Shown here one piece after another: positions 48,719 through 62,174 of a DNA stretch of 64,000 nt. The first letter of the stretch is position 1; each line of letters starts with the position of its first letter. This stretch comes from Macrostomum lignano (lineage: Eukaryota). Under the pieces are notes generated by a model, which ran no database searches, was not told where the DNA came from, and worked only from the letters and a program-made list of their open reading frames with translations. Location of the stretch: assembly GCA_002269645.1 (NCBI GenBank), contig NIVC01000832.1, positions 1-64,000 on the forward strand. Direction: 5' to 3'. A program made the translations under genes and the position numbers.

Positions 48719-49703
48719 TTTCTTTATCAGCCATTTCAAGCAATGTGAAAAAATAATTTGTTAAGGAACGTGGAAACTAGAAAAAATGAAAAGCCAGATT
48801 CTCAGGGCAGCAAAGATTTAAATAAATATACTCCAGAATCTTCTTGAAGTGGGTTGCAAATGCATGCTGTAGCAGCTTGGAGGGGAGTTGATGAATGGCT
48901 GTTCGCAGCTAATCTAAACCTTTAATTCTTTGCATGATGCTGGAGGCTTTTTGAGTGAGTCAGAGAGAATAGAAGACAGAGGTGATGGAGATATGTAAAG
49001 TAAAGCGATATGAAAGAAGCCATGATTCTTAGTCATCGTGATAACAATGCTGTCTACAATTCGAATACATTTCGTCCCACAGGGTGAAGGAGAATTTTTT
49101 GGAATTCAGAAGTAATTATATTGTGCAAAATCTGAATCAGAATTTATTCATGTTTCAGCAAGCCAATAGAAATGTTAAGTGCTGCTTTTAATTGTTGCAG
49201 AGTTGACAAGTGGCAGTTTTGTTATAGCTGACTAAATATCTAAAGCATTTCCTAGAAATAATGGTTTACTGAAGGCCATTTTATATATATAAAATTTACT
49301 ATCGTTAAATTTGATGACACTTTCATATTGTATATACCTGAAATTGCATTAAATTGACCCGTGAATCCAACTTTTCTCATGGTTTTAGAGCTGGAATCGT
49401 GGAAATTGCACTTTTTAAAATTTTTGAAAATTACAAAAAATCGCTGTTTTCAGACCATTTTCACCAGTTTTTAGTAACTTTTCACCTGTTTTTAGTGATT
49501 TTCAAAATGAGTGAGGGCATGAGGGCGAGGGCACCCTCCTTTTAAAAAGTATAAAAATTCCGGAAAATCTGTGTTCTGTGAAATATACCACAGGCCAATG
49601 CCCCCCACATGCCCTCACCCTCAACACCCTCACTCACAGATATATGTATATTTATATTTTTATATCTATCACACACACACCCTTGAAACTCTGACCTCCT
49701 GGT

Positions 49704-49802
49704 AGTAGTAGTATGTTATAAGGGGCTGAGTCATCCAGCGAGCTGGCGTGTAATGCGCCTGAGCAATAGGTGTGGCGCAGCCCCTTATAACATACTACTA
49801 CT
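49704..49802. other. 99-bp fold-back with Maverick-type AGTAGT...ACTACT ends
   Basis: Perfect 25-bp inverted repeat (49704-49728 / 49778-49802) around a 49-nt loop containing small internal stems. Confidence 0.92.
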
Positions 49803-51679
49803 CAGCCAAACTCTAATAAAGACCAGTAAATAATTTCAACAATTGTACTTTTTAGAGTAAAGCCTAGTAGCATTCAAAATAGTAAAAAACAAAGAGCATT
49901 AAAAAATATATTTTAACCCTAAGTTTAACAGAAAGTTCAAACAATTGTCTTAAAATGTGTAAAATAGATTCTGTCACAAAATGGGATCAAAAACTTTTTC
50001 TAGGCATTTTAAGTCACTAAGTTGTGATACTAAGCTTACATCTAAGGAATTCCCAGAATCTCAAGAAAATATTCAGTCCAAAGATATAAAAAACACTGTA
50101 GACAATAAAGCATTTTCAGTATCATAGATGGTGTTTTAAAAAATTAATAGCATAAGAGAAATTGATAGTTATTACCAAATACCTAATTAACCCTTAAGGG
50201 TAACAATTAACAAAACTTAAGGGTACAAATTGTCTCTTTATCTAGGCACTAGACATTTTGCAACAAAAATATTTAATTCTCACACATTAATATAATTTAT
50301 ATATTGACAATAGCTTTACAAAAACAGCTACTTACACATTCGTAGTGCATATACTCAGAAACGAAAAATTTAATAGTTTGTCTATTTAGAAAATATAAAA
50401 TTTAAAAAATACAAATATTTTTTAAATATTTAAACTTCAAATAGGTTGACATTTCCTATCAATTCTAATTTAAAGCAAAGCATACTATTTGATATTTTTG
50501 ACAATAATCAATTATCAAGTGGCAATAGCCTACAGCAGAAAATTCATGATGCATAATAATGGTATTGTCACAGACGTGTTTCCTCCTTCTATATCCCACT
50601 AGATGTCACCAAGTTGTCGCAGACGTAATCGTTCCTAACTGCGATTTCACCGTAAAGCCACCGAGTCTTTACAGACTTTCTGGCTCTTATCACTAAGCTG
50701 CCTATTTCTAGTAGTATTGGCTGCCCTAAACTATGACCTTTCTCTAATTTCACACGATTTCTCGGAAACCTTGTGATAGCGTGTAGTGCCCGAGCGGTTA
50801 GACATTGTCTAATTTCCTAATTTAGTCCGAAAGTCTAGCGTTTTCCGAGGATCAAGGGTGTCCAGCAGTAGCTACAGCTCTAATGCCTAATCTCCTAGCG
50901 CCTAATACCTATTATTAGCCAGTACGGCTTTCTTAGAGTCTGTACGACCTTAAATTTCTCCTTATTTTTAGACCTCTATCTTGGATCTCCACGACCTCTA
51001 ATTTCTCCCTATTCAGATCCCTAGTTCTGGGTCTCCACGACCTCTGGTTTCTCCCTATTCTGATCCCTAGTTCTGGGTCTCCACGACCTCTGGTTTCTCC
51101 CTATTCTGATCCCTAGTTCTGGGTCTCCACGACCTCTGGTTTCTCCCTATTTAGATCCCTAGTCCTGTATTCGTTCAAAGAACTAAGACTCGCAGGTTTC
51201 AACTTACGTTTTGGTTTGAATGTCAAACGCTGCTTCTCCGATTGAGAGCGAGCTCGCGAAGATTCGCGGAAGAGCAGTTACTTTTATTTTTGGTAAATTG
51301 TTTCGTTTATATAGTGGATAAAACTCAATTTGATTGGTTGAAATTAATTATAACAAAAATAGTTTACGAAATTTTAACAAAGTATTAAACTCCATTGGCT
51401 AAGATTATTTAAAACAAAGCAATTTAGGGATTTGAACAAGGAAATTCACTGATTGGCTGAGTAAAAATAGCTCATTGAACCCGCTTAAAACTACTATTAG
51501 TAAGAATAAAAGATCGACCCTATTACAGCTGGCTTCCCTTAATTGGATTTTTGAATTAATTATATGTGAAAAAATACAAATTACATGAATAATACTATAA
51601 GTAGCATACGAGAACAATACAGATACTCAGCACCATAACGCAAATGAATAGCATGAGTGAGCTAAATATTAAAGGAAAA

Positions 51680-51945
51680 TAGCATCATAGCACAGATTAA
51701 GCAATATGAATAAGTACAGATTAAGCAAATGAATAAGTACGGATTAAGCAAATGAGTAAAGTACAGATTAAGCAATTGAATAAGCAAAATAGCACAGATT
51801 AAGCAATATGAATAAGTACAGATTAAACAAATGAATAAGTACGGATTAAGCAAATGAATAAGTACAGATTAAGCAATTGAATAAGCAAAATAGCATCATG
51901 ACACAGATTAAGCAATACAGATTAAGCAATACAGATTAAGCAGAT
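51680..51945. repeat. Short-unit (~20-22 bp) tandem array in the 3' UTR of Gypsy copy 2
   Basis: CAGATTAAGCAA(T)ATGAATAAGTA units at the same position as the 40/42-bp satellite in copy 1. Confidence 0.85.
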
Positions 51946-54208
51946 TCATGAGTGTCAGCAAAAAATGTTAATTACGCCTATTACCTATATTCATACCGAA
52001 TTCTGTTGGCCAGCTGTTCTTGACTTGCCATCCCAACTTGTCGGCCATCCAGCAGACCTCGAACCGCAGCTGTGCCTGCTGGTAAAACCAAGCCGACTGG
52101 GTGAGATCGTGCAGAGCATACGTAACAGCCCTTCGCCAGGCCGCTATACACTGCTCATGCGTACAGTTGGCCTGGAGATCCTCGATTGCCGTTTCTGGCT
52201 CTTTGGTTTGGGGCAAGAAGCCTCTCCCATCTATTCTAAGCAAAGCCACGCTGAGCAGGTAAGACTTGATCTTCATGATGGCCTGCTTGTATGGTTCTTG
52301 AAGATGAGTCGGGACTTCCTGCAGCACAGCCGTGAAATTAGCCCTTAAGGCCATTGGGTTCTGCGACCGGTGGCTTCTTGGTGTCACTGCCGAGGCTGCC
52401 TGCATTCCAACGGCCGGAGCCTGAGGCTGCGCCGATGACGTACTTTGCGATGACATGACTGTTGGCTGCGGCCGTGACTGCTGTCGCGGCAGAATGGATC
52501 TAGGCTGTTTGATGGGGTCTACGACAATTGACTGCCACAATTTGACTGCCACAATTTGACTGCGGTCAATTTGACTGCGGACAATTTGACTGCCGAGCAA
52601 TTTGACTGCCGACAAAATGACTGCGGACAAATGACTGCCAACAATTTGACTGCCGACAATTTGACTGCCAACAAAATGACTGCCGACAAAATGACTGCCA
52701 ACAACTTGACTGTCGACAATATGACTGCGGCAATTTGACTGCCGACAATATGACTGCGGCAATTTGACTGCCAGCAAAAAGACTGCGGCAATTTGACTGC
52801 CAAGCAATTTGACTGCCGATAAAATGACTGCGGCAATTTGACTGCGGACAAAATGACTGCCGACAAAATGACTGCCAACAATTTGACTGCCGACAAAATG
52901 ACTGCCGAGCAATTTGACTGCCTCAAATACTACACGTACATCCTCTTATAAATGTATTGATCATATTTATGCAGGACTAAAAATTCGTTCTTTACGAGTA
53001 ACGATGCAAGCTACATTTGCCTTTCAGCATTAAATGCATGTGTTATGACGAATGTTTAAACGGATCATCTATACATAGCTGTGGTTAGTTGAGCGGAGTG
53101 CTCTTTATAGAGCTAGCTTACCATTAACTTTAGCTTTTGACTGATTAATCCAAATATACTAAATATTAGTCTATTAGGCTATTAATAGTTTTATAGTACG
53201 AGTCTATGGTATTGCTTTTAAATCTGGAAGATTCCATCCAATATATGAGATTAATATGACATAGGAGAAAGAAAGAACCTTTAAATGTGGAAACCTTGTG
53301 CATGTCGATTTAAAAAGTCAGCAAACAATTTTTTTATAGCAGAGTAACAAAACATGCTAAAATAACAGAAATAAGCGTTTATTATTAAGAATACATAACT
53401 ATAGGAAGATACATGGATGTTATATAGAACTTTAAAACTGCCTCAGGAAAAATACACCACCGAATTGGCAGGTTAGAAGTCTATAAAAACGCCATGTCTA
53501 TAAAAAATTAATGTCTAACAAAAGATTCATTAGTTGCCACAGCGTTTATTATTAAGAATACATAACTTTGAGAAGATACATGGATGCTATATAGAACTTT
53601 AAAAATGCATCAGGAAAAATACACCACCGAATTGGCAGGTTAGATGTCTATAAAAACGCCATGTCTATAAAAATTCATGTCTATAAGATTCATTAGCGAA
53701 GTGCTGAGATGTTAAGGCTTGTGGGGGGATTGTAGAGATGCGAAGGCTGAGAGGTCAGAAGCTAAATGTAGTGGTTTATTCAAGTTTTTATTATTTTTGT
53801 TGGCTCCACAATGGGGAGACGCTGACTGCCAGTTATTAATTTAATCGTAATAGTTATTTGAATTCAACCCAAACTGTGAAGCTAAGTGGAGGTCTAGAGT
53901 CTGGACTTAAAAGCGGTGAGGCAAAGAATTGAATGTGACGTAACGTAACAACTTTAATTAGGGGTAATAAGAAATATGACTATAGAGGATCCGTAATAAT
54001 AATTTGATCTTTTACAGGGCTACCGGCTAAGGCTGTGCGACGAATGTCGTTTTTAGCTCGTAGGTAGGGTGGTAAGGGCAAAGGGCTTGATAAAAATGAC
54101 GAATAGAAAACTGTTGCTGCCAGAAATTCTACAGCGACGATTGTCAAACGAGTTGAATATAAAACATTGTAGCATAGCTTAGGTCAATAAAAAACTAAAT
54201 TATTACGA

Positions 54209-55750
54209 TCATACTTTCAGATTGTGGGCGATGCCTCGCAGGAAGTCGCAGGTTGGGTAATCTGCTGTTTCATAGCTCTCAGTGACCGCCTTAATTCGGG
54301 CATCAGTCTCTTTGTAGCGACGCTTCCGATCAGGCCGCGCACCCGCGATAGCTTGCTCGATCTTCACTGCCTGAGCTTCTTGCTCAGCTTTCAGCTGATT
54401 GAGCAATTTGAAGAAATTTGGGCTATGACACTCAAGAAGAGCCGAAAAACGACGGTGCCATGCTTCAGCGCTGTTATTGGAACGCATTTGACCTTCAAAT
54501 GTCCGCCGACGTACATTCCATGTTTCGATTGGAAATCTTGGCTGCTTTCGCTGGCCACCAGCACGTGGGCGACCGATCCAAGTGTCCTCGAAATAGTCGG
54601 AAATCGGCAATGCATCCTCCGGGAAAGCTGCAGCGGTAGTTAGCTGAACGAAACAGTCTGGGACGTCCGTTGGAGGTACAAATGCCAAGGCTGGCAGACA
54701 ACGGACCCATAAGGCAAATCCACCATCCACTTCATCATACCTTCTCTTCAATCCAGAACTAATGACTCTTTTGTACACACACTGGCAGAGATGAAAGAGG
54801 CAACCGGTTGACACTACACCAAAAACGCTGCTAATAGCATTTTGCGCTGCCTTCTCAAAATCTTTCATCCATTCCTGTGGACTCAGGCGTGGACACAGGC
54901 GGCGGATCTCCTGAAACAGACAGATATACGATGCTTCCATCTTGTTCGAAAGCAATGCATACACAAGCGGGCGAACATGGCCATGCACAAGCGCGTGCAC
55001 TGTATACAGCTGCTGAAAAAGCGCAGGAGCCGCGTCAAACGTGCCATCACTGAAAAAGCTTGTTGCAACATTCATTAGCTCAAGAGAGCGGTCGGTTGCA
55101 AAAATTAAAATTCGATGCTGGCCTGGACCACTGTCAAATTGAAGAAATTTCTCTCCATTGATGGAAGAAAATGCTGGTGGGATAACTAGTGCTTCGAGGC
55201 TTGCAGGCTGAACTGGAAATCCCTGTTCAGTGTTTCTAACTAGTTGCACCATTCGCTTCAGATTTTTCTCTGGCCCAAGGCCTACAGCGATCGATGCAGA
55301 AGCACCTTGCGTGCAGTAGTTCAAGATAGTAGCAGTTGAATTGGCTGTTGATGCTGATAAACTGCGAACTTCATGCCTAATGTGCCGCACTACTCCTTCG
55401 GTGCCATCAGAGCCATGATTATGGCTATGGATAAGTCGTACCAAATTAGTGCCTTCATCATGAGCACGACAAGGACAGCCATATATCCTTTTCTTAGTGC
55501 AGCTATAAAATGCAATATTACCAGTAGCACTCATTTTCTCAAAATGGTAACAGTAGCCATCATGAGAGATAGCAGTCTTTCTTTTCTGAGTGGGCACTTC
55601 AGTTACATGAGCAAATTCATCATCTTCTTCCTCATGTTGATTACCTTGCTGTTGATTGTTTCTATTATTTTCATTCATATTAAATTCATTTGAACTAGGT
55701 AGTTTAACTGCAATGGCAAATAATGGAGAGTAAAAGTTGTTTAAAAGCAT
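54209..55750 (-). CDS. MULE transposase with FLYWCH-like domain, apparently intact (~490-510 aa)
   Basis: HDGYCY..FYSC..GCPCRAH..HSHNH; FFSDGTFDAAP..QLYTVH; DFEKAAQNA; GCLFHLCQ; YFEDTWIG; RSNNSAEAWHRRF; no stops. Confidence 0.95.
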   Translation of the reverse strand: MLLNNFYSPLFAIAVKLPSSNEFNMNENNRNNQQQGNQHEEEDDEFAHVTEVPTQKRKTAISHDGYCYHFEKMSATGNIAFYSCTKKRIYGCPCRAHDEGTNLVRLIHSHNHGSDGTEGVVRHIRHEVRSLSASTANSTATILNYCTQGASASIAVGLGPEKNLKRMVQLVRNTEQGFPVQPASLEALVIPPAFSSINGEKFLQFDSGPGQHRILIFATDRSLELMNVATSFFSDGTFDAAPALFQQLYTVHALVHGHVRPLVYALLSNKMEASYICLFQEIRRLCPRLSPQEWMKDFEKAAQNAISSVFGVVSTGCLFHLCQCVYKRVISSGLKRRYDEVDGGFALWVRCLPALAFVPPTDVPDCFVQLTTAAAFPEDALPISDYFEDTWIGRPRAGGQRKQPRFPIETWNVRRRTFEGQMRSNNSAEAWHRRFSALLECHSPNFFKLLNQLKAEQEAQAVKIEQAIAGARPDRKRRYKETDARIKAVTESYETADYPTCDFLRGIAHNLKV

Positions 55751-56829
55751 TATGTTATAAAATATATGAATAGAAAAAGTATTTATATATAATTAATACA
55801 CTGCATTAAGAGCAACATATTTTTTAGGTTAGACCTACTTCTAGCTTTTTATGACTTAATGCAATCATATAAAGTATGTTTAAATAAAATATGGAATTTA
55901 AATAGGCCTAAGACTTAAACAATCCATGATAATAATTTATGTAGTTTTCGAGTTTTTTAACATTGTATAAACTATTGATGCCTGTAATTTTAGCATAAAT
56001 ATTAAGCATCAAAATAATTGGTACAATAAATTTAAATGGTAGATATACATTAAGACTATAGACAATTACAAAAAAGGACGATCAATGCAGGATCAATTTT
56101 TTATAAAATAACTACTATATACAATGTTGTCCTATTTTAGGCAATAAAGCAAGCTTGGCAAAAAGTAAATAAATAAAAGAAAATAATCAATCTAAACTAT
56201 ATTAGGTTTTCTATATCAACAAATTTTGTCAGGGCTCAGTAAATATGTTAAATGAAGCAAGAAATTGTTCTTAACTTCTTATAGCCATAAGGCCTATATT
56301 GTTTGATAAATTATAACATTTGAAAGGAGTAAAAATACAAAACTAGGTATTTAAAAGCTTAAATATGTAGAAAAGTATGAAAAACAAATGATGGAAAGGC
56401 ATGGTAAAATATTAAGTTAGTAAGTTAGCAGAATGTTTGCTAAAATTCAGACAGAAGATAGAATATTTTCCTAAAATGTGGGAATGGATATGGATATTAA
56501 TTTAAATTCTGGACATAACTGTCAGAGAAGCTTATAAGCAATGATTTATGACTGCAAAAAATAGCATAAACCATATATGCCTACAGCCTATGTTATAATT
56601 ACAAATATAGCAAAATTATATATAGCTATGAAAATCCTACTAGTATGAATTCTAGGAAAATTGCATAAAATAGAGAAAAATGCAGTTCAGAATCAATATT
56701 AGAGATGGACGGAAATTTCGGGCATTTTCATTGCAAATTTTCGGGTAGCTACAGTTTCGATTTCGGGTATTACAATTTCGGGTACATTGATACCCGAAAT
56801 TTCAAGCTCATTGTCTTCTTAAATCTAAA

Positions 56830-57180
56830 GCTGAGTGGATCGATCGAGAGTAGAAATGAGAGAGAGAGATGAAAGGAGAGATGAGAGATGAGAGATGAGA
56901 GAAGACAAGAGAGGGAGAGAGTATAGAAGAGAAGAAAAGAAAAGGGAAGAAAGGAGAAAGGAAAGAAAGGAGAAAGGAAAGAGAGGAGTCAAAAGAGGGG
57001 AAGAGAAGAGTACAGAGGAGAGAGGTGAGAGAACATACGAGTATAAGAGTAAGATGAGTCGATGACAGATAAGAGAGGGGAGATGAGAGAGCAGAGACGA
57101 GAGAGAAGTGAGAAAACAGAAGAGAAGATAGAAGGTTCAAAGGATGCAAGGGACATAGGGATCGAGAGGCAGAGGTAGAG
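56830..57180. repeat. GA-rich low-complexity tract inside the MULE
   Basis: Purine-only runs (GAGAGAT, AGAAAGG). Confidence 0.85.
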
Positions 57181-58714
57181 GCCAGAGTTTTTCTGACATT
57201 CTGCGCCGCACCCCAGCCAACAATATCAATAGTTTGGCTCCAATCCTAATTTTCCACGAATGTAATCTACGTTATGTTTAACTCTATCCTAATTCCTAAC
57301 TAATAATAAAAGTTTTTGCTTGAGTTTAAACTCAGATTTTAGAATATATGCAAAATAGTTCCTAAGATTAGAATTCCCATTTCCCACGGTTCAAAATCCG
57401 AGGGTTTCAACAGCCGTTACAGCTTGTATAAAGGTTATGTGTCCTGTTCTGCATCATTCTAGCTCGTAAATACAATATTTCACTACATGCATAGACTTAA
57501 AAGGGTTGACAGAGTGCTAAACTTTAGGAGCATCATTTTTCCGGCAGTCATTTCGCTGGCAGTCAAACTCCTCGGCAGTCATTTTGTCCGCAGTCATTTT
57601 GTCGGCAGTCAAATTGTTGGCAGTCAAATTGTCCGCAGTCAAATTGCCGCAGTCATTTTATCGGCAGTCAAATTGCTCGGCAGTCAAATTGCCGCAGTCT
57701 TTTTGCTGGCAGTCAAATTGCCGCAGTCATATTGTCGGCAGTCAAATTGCCGCAGTCATATTGTCGGCAGTCAAATTGTTGGCAGTCATTTTGTCGGCAG
57801 TCATTTTGTTGGCAGTCAAATTGTCGGCAGTCAAATTGTTGGCAGTCATTTTGTCCGCAGTCATTTTGTCGGCAGTCATATTGCTCGGCAGTCAAATTGT
57901 CCGCAGTCAAATTGACCGCAGTCAAATTGTGGCAGTCAATTGTCGTGCACCCTTTGATGGTAATACCCTGAGTCGCGTTCGCTCCTGGCGGCTGTCGCTT
58001 GCGAATGCTGTTGCTTATTTCGACTGGTCTGTTGGCTTGATCACGTAGCAATGACGCTCGAGCCTGCGGATTATGCGGTACAGGCACCTTCTGTGCTGCC
58101 GGCCGTATTACCACAGACTTTAGTCGGGTGCTTCTTCCTTGGCCGATGGCTGCCTCTGCTTCTTGATTTTCAATAACTATCGTTTCTGACGCTTCCTGTT
58201 TGTTCTTAGCTATTGTTTCTGACTGGTGGGCGACTACTGCCTGCTGCTGCTGCTGGGCGACTACCGCCTCTTGCTGCTGCTGCTGGGCGACTACCGCCTC
58301 TTGCTGCTGCTGCTGAGCGACTACCGCCTCTTGCTGCTGCTGGTGGGCGACTACCGCCTCTTGCTGCTGCTGGTGGGCGACTACCGCCTCTTGCTGCTGC
58401 TGGTGGGCGACTACCGCCTCTTGCTGCTGCTGGGCGAATACCGCCTCTTGTCCACCTACTAGGATAGTAAAATCTCCTAATAAATCTTCAAAGTCTGCGA
58501 AAAGATCTATTTCATCCATAGTTAACTAGTTTAATTTTTTTTGACTGTTAGATTTAAATTCTATCCTGACTCCTTCCTGACTAAATGTCCCCTTTTATAT
58601 AAATTGACTTCCCCCCGCTGATTTAATTTAAACAAACTAACTTGTTTTAATCTTTGTAAATTATCTTATTGGCTCTTGCGCAAAAAACACTTGATTTAAA
58701 CCCCAGCTGAGTTC

Positions 58715-61700
58715 TTATTGGCTGACTAAAAGTCTAGTTTTTCTAACAACCTCCATAACGGTAGCCAGCTTTTTTAGATAACACTGGCATCTGACGGGCG
58801 GCCTAGTGCGGCTGCGTGTGTTATATGGTTTAGTTTTATTACCCTCTTTGTCTGGCGTACCCCCATTCTCAGGGTGGCCCGCATGCGCGCCTTCTCCTTC
58901 CCCTTGTTCTGTTTCGCGTCTGTTATCGATCGTTACTTCTCCTCCCTCTCGCTCTGACCTCTCCGTTTCCTCTTCCACTAGGCTCTCATGTTGCATATTA
59001 TTTTCTATCTCAGCTTCTGACTCTGATTCATTCTTATGTACCAATTGTTCATTTTCACGAATCTTGCAAAACCATTTCGGCTGTTCCTCATCAGAGCTTT
59101 CTTCTCCTAATTCGATAGCTGATTCTTCTAGTTTATTCTTTCTGACGTGGCTTCCCTTGCTTGATTGTCCTAACTCCTGCTGATTTCTTCCATTTAAATG
59201 CTTAGTTTTCGTCTGGCTTTTCTTATTAATAATTTCTACTGTCTCAGCGCTCTCCTGGCTTCCCTTATCTATTGGCTCTCTCACAGAATTTGGCACTGGG
59301 GCCATGTTATCCCTATGTACTAATAACTTGTTGCCTACTAACTTGCCTTCTTGTTCTTTCTGAATCTTAAAAACTACTTCTGAGATTTGCTTAAGCACTC
59401 TAAAAGCGGCCCTTCTTTTCCTATGAAACTTATTAGACTCGTCAATGTTAAGTTGTGGATTATTAATTAACACTAAGCTTCCTACTTCAATAACCTTTGG
59501 CTTTCTCTGATTTTTGGCGTCTGTCTGCCTTTTGTCATGCACTTTCGCAAACTTTTCCTTAACTATTTTTCTGGCACTCTCTAATCTTTCGGCATGCTCA
59601 GCTACATAGGTCGGATAACTAGCATATTGGTTTGGCTCTCTAAGTTCGCTGTCTATGGGCAAAACTGCCTCCCTGCCAAACAATAAGAAATGCGGCGAAT
59701 AGCCTGTAGTCTGATTAACGCTAGTTCGAACTGCAACTAAGGCGGCTGGAATTAATAAATCCCAATTGCTATGATCTTTCTCAATCAGGCATGTGACTAT
59801 TGATTTGACCTGCTTGTTAAATCTCTCAACTAAACCATTGCTTTGTGCGTGATATGGAGTTGTGAAAGTATGCTTCACACTGTACAACTCACAGAATGCA
59901 CTAAATTGTTTGCTAGTGAATGCCTTGCCATTATCTGTGTGAATCCATTGACATTGGCCATATTCACTAAATACTCTTTCTTGCAACAGCTTAATAATTG
60001 TATCAGCTTTTTGATTGCGCATTGGAAATGCAAATGGATAGCGAGTATTGCTGTCTACTATTGTCAACACATATTGATGGCCTCTTTTGCTAATCTTTGA
60101 AATTGGCCCTATCACATCTATGTGTAATCGGTGAAATGGCTCACTAATTGGAAATGACTGAATCGGAGCTTGTACTTTATGGCCTCTTTTGCTTTCTAAG
60201 CATGGGATGCACTCTGCCACATGCTTTTCTACTGCGGCTACTAAGCCTGGTCTACAGAATCTCTCTCTAACTCGCTGAACTGTTTTGTCTCTACCTAAAT
60301 GTCCTGCTAGCGGGCTATCATGCAGATCGCTAAACACTAGCTTATCTAAAGACTTAGGCAAAACTATTTTCCAGATTCCTTCTTCTTCTATAGTCAACAG
60401 ATTCCTCTCTAACTTCATTTTCTCATATTTTCGTCTCAACTGCTTCAGTTCGACTGACTCATTTTTCTGAATTGGCGGGACTGACAGGTTTTCTTGCTTC
60501 CACTCTATTAGTGTGCAGATTGCTGTGTCTTCCCTCTGAGCTTTAACAATTTGCTCCTTCTTCAATGGTACTTGCAAGTAGTCAGTTAGTAATTTTGTAA
60601 CTTTAGGTATCTCACTCTCTCTGTGATCAGGTTCAGTGTCTCTGTTCTGTTGCGTTAAGCTTGAACTCAGTGCTGACACATCTTTTACCTTCGCACCTTC
60701 TACTCCTGAAATGACTAATGGCTTGATCCTAGACTCTGAGTCCTCGGGATGCGAAGTCTGCATCTCTCTTTCTCCTTCTTCTACTGTCTCGCCTACCGCA
60801 GCATTCACGCTGTCTCTCGGATTCACGCCTTTTTCACTTTCATAGGCTTTCACGCCTTGCTTAATCTCACTTTCATAGGCTTTCACGCCTTGCTTAATCT
60901 CACTTTCATAGGCTTTCACGCCTTGCTCAATTTCGGTTGCCTCAGCTACTTCTGCCGGTCTTCTGGACAAACTGTCCGCGTTGGAATGTTTGGCACCGCT
61001 TCTATGCTCAATATCGAATTGAAATTCATTTAAGCGTTCCACCCAACGTCCTAGAATCCCTTGGGCCTCTGTTTGCCTCAACAACCATAAAATCGCCTTA
61101 TGATCTGTTCGCGCTAAAAATCGCTTTCCTATCAGATAAAATCTAAAATGCTTCATTGCATCTACTAACGCTAATAATTCTTTCCTAGTTATTGGATATC
61201 GCTTTTCTGTCTCTTTCATAGCACGACTGAAATATGCTATAGGTCTCTCGATGCCATCTAACTGGATTTGGCCTAGGCAGGCCCCTATGCGTCCATCACT
61301 AGCATCAGTATCTAAGACCATTCTAACATTCTCATCGTCTACAAACTCTGGATAAGCTAATACTTCTGTTGACATCATTCTTCTCTTAAGCTCCTCAAAT
61401 GCTTCATCATGAGCCCTAGTCCACTTTGCCTGAAAGTTCTGCACTCCTTTCCTAGTTAATTGAAATAACGGATGTGCAGCCTCAGCATAGTTCCTAACAA
61501 AGCGACTATAATAATTGCATAATCCTAGGAAACTTCTTAGCTCTTTTACATCTTTTGGCTTTGGCCAGCTCCTAATGGCTTCTATCTTAGCTTCATCAGT
61601 TCTAATTGCTTCTCTTCCAATTACATGGCCTAAATATTTTAACTCGCTATGGAATAGATTGCACTTCTTAGCTCTTAGCTTCAGTCCTGCACTAATTGAG

Positions 61701-62174
61701 CTTCAGTCCTGCACTAATTAATCTTTTAAATACTTCTCTGAGGTGTTCTAAATGATCTTCAAACTGCTTAGAATAGGTCACTATATCATCTATGTATGAC
61801 ATGGCATATTTATGCTGAATGCCTGCTAATACTAGATTCATAAGCCTCTGAAAAGTACCTGGGGCATTAGATAAGCCCTGAGCCATAACTTAGTGCTCAA
61901 ACTGACCTCTTGTTAATGTTGAAAATGCAGTCATAAACTTGTGTTCCTCTTTTATCGGAACTTGCCAATAACCAGAATTTAGGTCAAGGCTGCTAAAGTA
62001 TTGACTGCCTGTTAAGTTTGAAAATGTCTCTTGAATATTTTGCAGCGGATACGGAAAATAATTCACTCGTGAGTTCAGCACTCTAAAGTCACTAACTATT
62101 CGAATAGTACCATCTTTCTTAGGTGTTGAATAAGTCGAATAGCATGGCCTAATTAGGTTCTTAGCTAACATGTC
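58715..62174 (-). pseudogene. pol: Gypsy copy 2 pol: open 909-aa RH-IN frame plus damaged RT fragments
   Basis: 58715-61444 is open (RH + IN); RT pieces 61445-62174 are disrupted by a short duplication near 61679-61714 and other indels. Confidence 0.95.

Larger units (their letters stand above)
41915..49802 (-). mobile_element. Decayed Maverick/Polinton (adintovirus-like) segment
   Basis: pPolB, PLA2 domain, rve integrase and AGTAGT-type termini. Capsid, ATPase and protease genes not seen. Confidence 0.85.
52515..57952 (-). mobile_element. MULE/Mutator-like transposon (5.4 kb) with ~400-bp TIRs built of 15-bp repeats
   Basis: Ends GGGTCTACGACAATTGACTGCC / reverse complement GGGTGCACGACAATTGACTGCC; TSD TTTGATG(G) at 52508 and 57953; arrays 52515-52922 and 57541-57952 are inverted copies. 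Confidence 0.93.
51968..58519 (-). pseudogene. Gypsy accessory ORF3 (copy 2), 368 aa after removing the MULE
   Basis: 58519-57953 plus 52507-51968 joins in frame (ATQGITIK|QPRSILPRQ); homologous to 28773-29861. Confidence 0.85.
50566..62174 (-). mobile_element. Ty3/Gypsy copy 2 (3' LTR, ORF3, IN, RH, part of RT), 5'-truncated
   Basis: 3' LTR 50566-51527 (TGTAAT...GTGACA) preceded by a GGGAAGCCAGC PPT region; pol highly similar to copy 1. Confidence 0.95.

Noticed and set aside
49698-49808. 6-bp TSD around the 99-bp hairpin (and around 62175-62462)
   Set aside because: Flanks CCTGGT/CAGCCA and CATGTC/ACACTG do not match, so these are not supported as stand-alone insertions.
51968-52926. 314-aa and 135-aa ORFs with GSHFV/SAVKL repeats (also 57487-58048)
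   Set aside because: These are translations of the MULE TIR 15-bp arrays; only the part below 52508 is real ORF3 sequence.
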